DNA of 64,000 nt from Octopus vulgaris (taxonomy: Eukaryota), in NCBI GenBank assembly GCA_951406725.2, contig OX597829.1:8866001-8930000 (forward strand), in the 5' to 3' direction. The notes beneath the pieces are model-generated. The model was not told the origin of the DNA, searched no databases, and worked only from the letters and a program-made list of their open reading frames with translations. Position numbers and translations under genes: made by a program. Positions 53,629 to 64,000 of the stretch are shown in pieces (position 1 is the first letter of the stretch; each line of letters opens with the position of its first letter).

Positions 53629-54057
53629 TGGTGGTGGTGATGGTGGTGGTGGTGGTGGTGGTGGTGGTGGTGGTGGTGGTGGTGGTGGTGGTGGTGGTGG
53701 TGGTGGTGGTGGTGGTGGTGGTGGTGGTGGTGGTGGTGGTGGTGGTGGTGGTGGTGGTGGTGGTGGTGGTGAAGGTGGTGGTGGTGGTGGTGGTGGTGGT
53801 GGTGGTGGTGGTGGTGGTGGTGGTGGTGGTGGTGGTGGTGGTGGTGATGGTGGTGGTGGTGGTGGTGAAGGTGGTGGTGGTGGTGGTGGTGGTGGTGGTG
53901 GTGGTGGTGGTGGTGGTGGTGGTGGTGGTGGTGGTTGTGGTGGTGGTGGTGATGGTGGTGGTGGTGGTGGTGGTGAAGGTGGTGGTGGTGATGGCGGTGT
54001 TTGTGGTGCTGTTGATTGTGGTTGTGGTGGTGGTGGTTGTGGTGAAGGTGGTGGTGA
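53629..54057 (+). repeat. (GGT)n array, about 430 bp, with periodic GAA/GAT interruptions
   Basis: Direct reading. Confidence 0.97.
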
Positions 54058-54607
54058 TCCTGATGCTGCTGCTGGTATCGGTGGAATTTTTAACTGAGCT
54101 CAACAGCTTGGTTTTCTTCTTTCTACTTCTTTATACCCAGATTGTTGTTTCTCTTGTTGCTGTTGTTGTTTCGGACAGCTCTGGAGGCAGCGGGTGTGCT
54201 GTTCCATTGTCATACTTTTTTTCTTTCATTTTTGTTGTTTTCGTTGGTGTCATTGTTGGCATTGCTATTGTTGTTGATAAATGCTCTGTTAGCAGGTAAT
54301 AGAGGGAAATTAGTAATTTATTCGTTGTTGGGTTAATGTACCTGGCCTCGACATTTACGAAACCAATTTGTTTCTTTTTTTTTCCTAACATGTAACTTCG
54401 CTATGGAATTGCATCAAAATTCACCCGAAAGGAACAAAGGTTTCTAGGGATGCTGATTGACTTAATAACAAAATGGTACAAAACAAACCAAATTTACTTT
54501 CTAATCGAATTTACGGGCAATTCAATGACGCCTTTCTCAAGCAAACTCAATAATAATTGTTTCTAATTTTAGCACAAGGCCAGCAATTTTGAGGTGAAGC
54601 GTTAAAC

Positions 54608-54776
<169 letters not shown>

Positions 54777-55198
54777 AGCAACCACAACAACAAACAGTAA
54801 CAACTACCACAAGAGACATAGTTAAAAATGTAGAAATAGTTTCATTTTTTATTTATTATTAAGATTAGAGTTAGAGTTAGGGAGGTTGTTCAGCTTCCCC
54901 CTCATATATATATGAAATATTTTCCAAGAGAAACATTTTCAACCTTCTCCGTTTTAAAATTCGCCACATGTGATGAATTTCAACTGATCGAAATGATAGT
55001 TGAAGATAGGTTATCTTCTGAAAACATATCACCCTTAGAAATCAGAAATATATGCCTGCGAAAAAAAATATACTTAGATAGATTATCTTTAAAAAGATAT
55101 TATAGGAAACTAAATCCCTCCCTGGATTTCATATTGAGACTTATTTTCGTTTCTTTTGGGAAGATTGAAAACTGATCAAGCAAGTTATTTTTGCTTCA

Positions 55199-55272
<74 letters not shown>

Positions 55273-58200
55273 GAAATATTTATGAAAGATTTATCTAGGA
55301 GAGATAGTCCGTTGAACTGATAACCTTTAGAAATATCATTTCAAATGATATCAATGTTCTCGAAAGTATATGGCCCAAGATAATATATACTCAGAAAGAA
55401 ACCACTTGGAAATCTATATTTATATATATATCAGCTATTCACGCAAAGATTGCGTAATTATAGTTTGAGATTATTCACTCACTGCCGTAAGTGAAGAATA
55501 TATTTAAGAGCAACATTTTTCGAACCACCTCTATGCTTTCTATCTAATTTAGTTCTTGACCAAATTAAATGCAGTTTAAGTTGAATGAAACGATTAGTGT
55601 TCCGGTATATTTTGAGATATTATCATAGAAAAAGTGACTTTGATAAAAAAAAATGAATTACTTTAAAACGGTTGAGTAACGGTTAGATGAAACTGCTTCA
55701 AACTATAGATTTTTCCTCTTTTTTTTGTTTTAATTAAACACAGCTAGCAGATATCAATGAGAAGAATCTAATGCTGCAAGCTACGTCAAAATTGATGCAG
55801 TAAAAATTAATGAGGCAAAATGTCATCAAAATCGAAAGTGAATAATGCTTGAGATCTCCAAATCATCATTTTCTTATTATTATTTTTATTTTTTTCTGGT
55901 ATAGTGAAACTCTTAAAGACAATACTTAATATAGCAAAACGATCGCCGAAAATCTTGTTCGATTCCAGTCTTTGTGCAATGTCGAAATAAATGGAACATA
56001 GGAATGATTTGGAAATGATATTACATTGAGGTTTGTTTTAACAAGTTTTAATTGAATAAAATATTAAAGAAGTTTATTACTTGACAATGAAACGTTGTAC
56101 ACGAAATAAGTTATGAGATGTTACGAAGGATTATCAGTTCGGGGGATAGAGCACGAACGAAAAGGACTGAATTATATTTAGAATAAATGGAATTATATCC
56201 TTCGTTTATAAAACAAGTGTTAGTGATAGAAAAGTTTGGAGTAGCAATACCAGCAGAATTTTTTTTTAAGAGTGAGAATTACTAAAGTACTCAATACAGT
56301 TTCTGTTTGGGTGGATTCGATTAGTTTCTAGGTCCACTGTAAATATTGTTCTAACACGTTCCTTGCTAAAATAAAATGGGGTCACATTTTCCTGGACAGT
56401 ACATAGTAAAGAGTTAATACGTTAATTACGCTTGAAAGAACTAATGATGGAGTTTATTATAATTAAACATTAGAAATGCCTAAATGCATTTCCATTTCTA
56501 GATCCTTGATAACAGTATTTCTTCCAAACATTTGCAACCCGTGCTAGTTAACCCTAACCCTAACCCTCAATCAAAATATTGCTGTAAAAGCAGTTAAAAT
56601 AAACACAGTATAATGCATTTGCGGAACTGAAATAAAACCTTGAAACATTTATTAGCTACGCTCACAGAAATGAAATGAAGATAATAAGAATTAATCCGGA
56701 AATAATTTGTAAAATAACTTTTGGAAATTATCTCCTCGTTTCTATGGGTTACTAACAATTACCGAATGGTTTTTGTTTCCTTTCTCCACATAAAAGGGAT
56801 ATTTCATATAATTGAAAGTTTTGGTTTCGTCTTTCAGTGCATCTCTTATCTCATTTATGTTGATAAACACACAACCATTTTAAATCACGTATGAAAAGAG
56901 TATGGTGTATATTTCATAGCCACAGGGTGGATAAAACGCAAAGAGGGTTTTGAACTCAGAAAAATACGTGAAGTTATAACATGTGTGTGTGTGTGCGCGC
57001 GTGTGTGCGTGTGTGTGTTTAAATGATAATAATATTTTATATGCTTAAAGCTTATGTGATTACCGCGCATTAACTAAGGTAAGTAGTCTAATATTGGAGT
57101 ATATAAGCCATCGATGGAAAAACTAAAGATTGCCGCGCACACATGGAACTCGGACCCACACCACTATGTATTCACAAAAAGCTTGCTGCCGTTACGCAAG
57201 CGGTGCCGAATTTTACGATCTGTAAATAATAATAATAACGATGATGATGATGATGATGATGATAATGATGATGATGACGTCGACGACGATGATGATGATG
57301 ATGACGACGACTATGATGATGATGATGATGATAATAATAATAATAATAATAATATTGCTGCCTCTACCAGTGAGCCAATCTTCACGAAACTTTCCATTCA
57401 TATTACACTAACATCTAGTTCAATTATAGGCGAGTTGGATTTCAACAAAAGTCTATAATGGGCCCCCTAGTGGAGTTGGGCTATTATATAATAAAATATA
57501 AATTATATAATAAAATGAGAAGGGTGCAAAGAGTGTTAATGCGAGGGAAATGTAGTGACATAGTGAGTGTGACTGATATCAGGGAAGGGGTGAACAGCGT
57601 TGTGCAAGTGACAAATATGGAGTGGCAGTGGGTTGATAACGTTAATACAGCTATCATATACACACGACACTCCATACATACTTTCGTAAATACATAGATA
57701 TATGATTACATACACAGATACACACACACACACACTGCACACACACATACTTCACACACACATATACATACACACACATGCACATAAGTAACCTTTAAAA
57801 TGTGGAGTAAGGAAAGGAAATGTGGGTAGGTTAAAGAAATGTGAGGAATACGTAGCTTCAAGAAGAGAGGGGCAAGGTGGCTTTTCTGCTGTCCATCACA
57901 AAGAAACACATACGCACAGACACACATATGTTTACGTACATACATGCATATGTGTACTATACACCATTTTAAACTCATGATTGCCTGTGTGTACGTTTTT
58001 AAATGTGTGTGCGTGTGTTTGTGTCACATCTTATAACTGTCTGTCTCTCTAGTTTTGTAGGGTCTCTGGTATATTGTGAAATTTTAAAATTACGTCAAAA
58101 TTTTCAAATTTGGTACATTGAAATCTTTTTCCGCGTTAAATCCGATTTTATTATTTATTTGCCCCAGAAGAATTGCAGAAAAACATTACTGACATTATCT

Positions 58201-59391
58201 GCATGGTAGCTGTCTATCACAAAATGAAAACAAAATCATTACGAAGAGCAATCTTTATTAAACAAATGAAAGCAAAGTATTTCGATGACCATAGTTGTAA
58301 AATCCTCTGAAGTTTTAATAAGTTTTAATGAAAAATGTCATGTGAACCGGTCGGACAGACATGTAAATGAATCAAAAAGGAAAAAATCTTCATCGAAGTT
58401 TTTTTGCGGAAAATTGAATAAATCTGTCCTGATCAATAGGGTTATCTGTCGGGGGGGGGGTATGGTCTGACATGGAATAAACAAAAATTTATATAAGACA
58501 TTCTATTGTTAAAATTGCCCAGTAACGACGGTCTGTTCGGCTAGTATACACACACACACACACACATTGAAGTAAATCCATCACTCTACTAGTTCTACTA
58601 GTCATCCCCCTTCTATGCAACAGTGATGTAAACAATTATATTCATGATTATAAAAATCCAGACTTAATTTTTTTCTTTTATTTTATGTAAATTATAATTG
58701 AAAAAGTTAATTTCTAAGTCTAGCTAGCTAATTCTCTAGTAATTATATTTGTGCTAATGATTCATAAAAGTTTATTCTGTTTACATAATTACAATCAGTA
58801 TTACTAAATGTTTCATTACTAGCCATTATCCATTACTGATAACATAATTTTTTAAAAGCCATATAAGGTTACCGTATATATTAAATATTCTTGATGATGT
58901 AATTAAAAAATAAAACTTCTATTGTGTGTATTTCTTTACCATTTTTTAAAAGATATCGGCGTCATGTAACAATTTAATTTATTTAGTTTCTTAACTATTT
59001 AGTTTGGTGGTTTTATACCACATATAATGTACGTCCTAAAACCTTTTCCGTGAATTTAAGTTCATTTGACGTATATTGTCTATGTGCGCGTGTGTACGTG
59101 TAAACATACATATACATACACGTACACACTCAAATATATACATGAGTGTGTGTTTGTGTGTATATATACATACATATATATATCTTACCTGCTTCCCCTT
59201 CTCCCTCACCTACTCTCTCTCGCATCTTCCTCATCCACCCTTTCTCTCTTTCAAATGCGTCCATGGTCTACGCAAGTGTATGGGGTCATCAGGAGAGAAT
59301 GCGCACCGTTTCGGAGCCTACTTTTCGACGGCATCAATGCGCACCGGCCACCTCACTGACATCAAGCCCCGCTAGCTAGATCAAATATAGC

Positions 59392-59620
59392 TCAATGTTC
59401 TTCTAGCCATCGCACATCGTCTCTTTTTACCCAAATCCAGTGCCTAGCCTTCTCCACTGTAGTTTGGATATCGGTTATGGTGGTATTTACCTTACGATGA
59501 GTTAGACCTAACGGTAACAACAGTCGTCTCACACTGGGTCCAACAAACCCTCTACATCCAACCTCGATTGGAAAATGCTCCGCTTTCCAGCCTGCGTCTT
59601 CACATTCCTCGAGAAGGTTT
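59392..59620 (-). mobile_element. C-terminal restriction-like endonuclease fragment of an R2-group (HERO-like) LINE
   Basis: ECEDAGWKAEHFPIEVGCRGFVGPSVRRLL...EKARHWIWVKR. Confidence 0.75.
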
Positions 59621-60180
59621 ACAGTGTTACACATAAAACCTTGATGCACAAACACACACGCATGCACGAAAACATGCACGCACACACGCTACTGGCACAA
59701 AGCTTACACGTACACGTTACTTACATGCATTTGCATACTACTTACATGCATTTGCATACACACACATCTGATAGCCTCACACATAGATACTTTGCACAGC
59801 CTCACACATTCAAACACATATGTACACCTTCACACTTATGCACACATATAACTACACTGAGCACACACGCACACATCACTCCCACAGCGCACTTAGTTGT
59901 TTATTCAGACACATACATACAAACGATTCCATATGTATTCTCATAATCTTAGGCTTGCCCACACATAGACACTTGTTTGTTCCCACACGCATATACACTC
60001 ACACACATCACCATACACACGTGCGCTTGCGATCACACAGTTTATGCAGGTCAATATTAGTTCACCTTCCATTCGAACTCTCTTTCTGGTCATTTCGGAG
60101 TTTGAAACTATTAATCTAAACACGTTCTTTCCACTTCTCTTTTCTTGCTTTTCTTCTTTTTCCGTTTCCTTTCCTCATTC

Positions 60181-60295
60181 TTTTCTGTCGAAGAGCGTAG
60201 GCTCGAAATACCAAGAACTTCTATTCTTCCCGGGCGTCAAACTAAAACATCTTGTTCGCTCACCTGTCTCTGCCTTTTGTTTTTCGTACATTTGA
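60181..60295 (+). mobile_element. Third copy of the hammerhead-bearing module (degenerate)
   Basis: TTTTCTGTCGAAGAGCGTAGGCTCGAAA, nearly identical to 40993-41020, followed by CTTCCCGGGCGTCAAACTAA. Confidence 0.6.
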
Positions 60296-60297
60296 AC

Positions 60298-60519
<222 letters not shown>

Positions 60520-63500
60520 ACTTTCTTTATTGGCCAAACAGGGCTGGACACAGAGGGGACAATTACAAACGTAGAGCTTTACTCTTCGGAGATGGAAAAG
60601 GAAAAAGAAGAAAAAAGGAAACAAATGTAAAATTTCGATCAAAAGGGATCAGAAGAAAAAAAGCGATAAAAAGGGATCGTGTATCACAGAAAGAAATAAT
60701 TTTTTTTTTAAAGTAACAAACAAGATTAGGTTCATCCGTGGAAAGAAAATCCTACAGAAAAGACCAGGCATGGAGGAAATAAAACATATGAGAGCAAAGT
60801 GCTCTCTCTCTCTCTCTCTCTCTTTTACGATTTACAAGATCATGCTCAAAATCGTTTCGTCACTCGCACGCACCATCTTTGCTGCATTCACCCACTTTTT
60901 TTTGGTACTTGAAAAAGTTGATGAGCGATTGGCCAGAGAGGTAAGTGTTTGTCTCTAATCCTTTCGCTCGAGTCCCCCACACACATTCTTTCACCACAGC
61001 CACCAGTATGATGAAAACTGCCTTGCTTTCCCGGTTGAGGGAAGGTGGCTCTATTGTCACGATAGACTCGGCCGACAGGCGGACTCGTCCCACACGTGAC
61101 AGCAGCCGTTCGGAATAAACCCACAGGTCCGAAATGGATGGACATTGCACGAGTGCGTGCAGAACGGTTTCGTCGCTCTGACCGCATCTCGGGAAAATCG
61201 GTCCAGTGTGTCTCGAACCGTGCCTGTGGAGCTTATCCCGAACAAGTAATGCTTCTCGATAGCACTGCCAGGCCAGAGATCTTTGGTGATTGTCCAAATG
61301 TCCCGGCCCGAAAGTTGTCCTAAACAGTCGGGTCAAGTGTCTCTCGTCGACGCCCAGATTCTGCCCGAGAACGTCGTCGCACCTCCCCTCCACTAATCTT
61401 CTATAGAACGCATTTGTTGTAATGAAGTCGCACAAGTTTGGTCCCGGATGGCAGAGTTGCTTGAGAGCAACGCAACACTCGCGGTGCCATTCACCTAGCC
61501 TTGGTCTCTGTTTGATCCACGATTGTAGTTCTGCAAAGGAGACTAGCTGCAGGAAAACGCGTCGCACAAAAGGCGACCACACCTTTTCACCATCGTCTTT
61601 GAAGCGCCGGAGATGTCGAAGTCTCAGCGCATGTCTGCGCATCATTAACCACGACATGCCTAGCCCTCCATCCAGCATCCCATGATGGAGACATGATGGA
61701 GACATGTTGGATGACATGAGCTTGCTTCTCCAGGTGCCGAGCCGCAAGCCCACTGACTTTTCCCTGTTAATTTTTGCTCCCGTTACCGCTTCGTATTCTT
61801 ATAGTGTCTCGCCGAAACAGGTCGATGTCTTTGTCTCTCGACACTATGACGGTGCCGTCGTCTGCGTATGCAGACACGCTCCTCCCGCATCCCAGCTCTC
61901 GAGGGATGCCCCTCAGCGTCACCAGCTTTCGCAGTAGTGGCTCAAGAGTCAATACATACAGAAATGATGAGAGGGGGCATCCTTGACGAACAGAACGCAT
62001 GATGTTAAAAGGTCTGGATAGATGACCATTTACGCGAACTACCGAGCGGATACCGCTGTATAAGGCAGCGATCCAACCGCGGAAGATGGGACCGAAACCA
62101 GCCGCTTTAAGGACAGCCTCCAAGTAGTGATGGTCTACCCTATCGAAAGCTTTCGATTGATCCAAATTGATCAGTGCCCCACCTATGTCAGGTTCCTTAA
62201 CTACCCTGTCTTTGATGTAGCGCATCAGATAGAAGTTGTCATGGATATTCCTACCCGGCATGGCACACGTTAGCGTCTTGTCGACTAGGTTTTGGATGAC
62301 ATGCGCCAACCTCTTTGCTAACACTAAATCTGCGTTGAGCTGAGTGATGGGCCTGAAGTTTTCTATGACTTTCCCCTTGTTTCTTTAGATGTGCCACAGT
62401 TCCTCACTTTACAAAGGCCAGTTGCAGTAGACAGCTGCCAAGACGCTTCCAAAAAAGTCTGCCATATGACAATAAAGTTTCTAGGGCAAACCATCCAAGC
62501 CTGTTGACTTGTCTCCTGCGCAGCCTGCCATCGCATCCCGTACGTCTCTGGCTGTGATGGGTCTTTCACAGCACACCGCCTCTCTTGCTGAGAGTCGTGG
62601 CAGGCCATGCAGGTAGGCACTAAAGTCGACCCTGCGTTCTGACCCAACAGTCGTCCCGAAAAGTTGGGCAAAGTGTTGTTGAAAGGCCTTACACATCCTT
62701 TCAGGATCGAGTACTTCGCGCCCCTGTTCATCTGTAAGAGACTTGATGGTGGTTCTGTTGCCTCGTTGTGCCTCCGCCACTCGAGCCTCTCGGGTGGCTC
62801 CAATTCCTTCGTTCCTCAGAGCAAGCATTCCCTAGCTCTGACAACGCATCCTTGGTGTTTGACGCTGAAGTGTTGGTCGACGGCAACCTCGCCGCCAGTA
62901 CGTTGGACGTGATGCCAGTTCTGAGTGTCTTTTCTGATTTCTTAACTAGGTCTCCCTCTATTCTATTTGGATCTAATGCTAGGCCCTTACTGTACCTAAC
63001 CGATTCTGCTTTAATTGCTTTCTTTGGGGTATAACACCATCTGTTGTTGACGATGTCACCCATCAATGCTCTCTTAACTAATTTGCTAATCCGATCCCTG
63101 TAAGGCTGTCGTGCCGTGAAAGACGCGTTCAGCTTCCAGTAACCAGGACCCTGCCTATGTGTCTTATCTAAGTCAAGTGTACAAGTCATAAATTTGTGGT
63201 CTGTGCAACTGACTATGTGGAAATGTGGACAATGTACACTATCCTTATCCACAGTCCTACAGAATATTCTATCTAAGTACGATCTAGACGACCCGATGCG
63301 GTTGCTCCATGTCCACATCGGCACATTCGGGTCATCCAGTCGGTACCTGTCAGACAGTTGGAAACGTCTGAGCAGGTCTTTGAGGCATTTGCTTCCCCTC
63401 CTATTACTATCTCTGCCCACGTAGTCTAGATGCATGTCCAGGGTAGCATTCCAATCCCCCACTAAAAGTAAAGGTGGAGACGTTCCCGGGAAAACCTCTA

Positions 63501-64000
63501 GATGTCGAAAGAAATCTGGCCGACCTGTTAAGGACAGTGCATAAACTGTTATCAGTCGAAAAGCACACCCATTGCTGCCATCGACATCCACAACGACCAG
63601 CCTACCCTCCAGGTCTAGGAAAATTGCTCTTACTTTGAGGTGCAGACTCTTCTGAAGAAGCACCGCGATACCTCCTCCGCCCATTCTCGGCAGACACGGA
63701 GAAAAATAGATGTCGAAATGTGCGCCGAACACGTGCTGGAGGGCCCGCGGGTTGTGGAGTCTGGTCTCGTTGATGCCTATGATGTGCAAATTTTGTGACT
63801 TGATGTCGTTTAGCAGGTAGCCTTGTTTCCAAGGCCCCCAAGCCACGTACATTTATACTACTTATTTTGAGCATGTTCCTGTCGAAAGTTGTGTTTTGCA
63901 CACGAAAGGGAGACAAGAGCGAAAGAGAGAGAGAGAGAGAGTTGCTTACTGCCTGAAAGTGCTTTGTCTTTCACCTTACAGTCTTCTTCCAGAAGGTTTT
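60520..64000 (-). mobile_element. L1/Tx1 LINE copy 5 (another subfamily): ORF1 end, frameshifted ORF2 63874-60832, 3'UTR; continues off the right edge
   Basis: MLKISSINVRGL (APE start), IIGINET, LLLVGDWNA, SYLDRI, TDHK, LDQSKAFDRVDH, SVRQGCPLS, AYADDGT; internal deletion near 61690. Confidence 0.93.

Noticed and set aside
53558-54299. Poly-Gly, poly-Thr and poly-Val ORFs (mucin-like or glycine-rich protein)
   Set aside because: Several frames are open only because of (GGT)n; no splice or domain evidence.
54865-56567. Telomere-like TTAGRG (54865) and CCCTAA (56551) runs in inverted orientation
   Set aside because: Only about three units each, and I could not define element boundaries or a TSD.
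58056-58545. Possible non-autonomous Helitron-like element ending ...GGCTAGT
   Set aside because: The terminal hairpin is degenerate and there is no second copy in the window to support it.

Overview
AT-rich, microsatellite-dense eukaryotic DNA with no recognisable host protein-coding exon. The SINE and microsatellite make-up suggests a cephalopod (Octopus-like) genome; this is inference. The window is almost entirely transposable elements and simple repeats. The dominant system is an L1/Tx1-clade LINE family present at five loci plus one very old relic: one full-length decayed copy (5271-11182), 5'-truncated copies, and a copy running off the right edge. Every visible junction of the five loci abuts a (GATA)n array in the same orientation, which points to microsatellite target specificity. 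Most notably, ORF2 is bracketed by an imperfect inverted repeat that pairs the ORF1-stop/ORF2-start region with the ORF2-stop region 3-3.4 kb away, and the two arms change together between subfamilies. The spacer between the ORFs also has GT...AG ends whose removal could fuse ORF1 to ORF2. Other content: a U6 snRNA fused to a full-length tRNA-type SINE whose tail matches the Tx1 3' end, a second SINE family sharing its tail with a CR1-like LINE, Penelope remnants with minimal hammerhead ribozymes, a decayed mariner, RTE and HERO fragments, four fold-back palindromes, an (AAT)n-embedded element, and a 57-bp templated insertion copied from 5.5 kb away. All comparisons were made by eye, so coordinates are approximate to a few bases.
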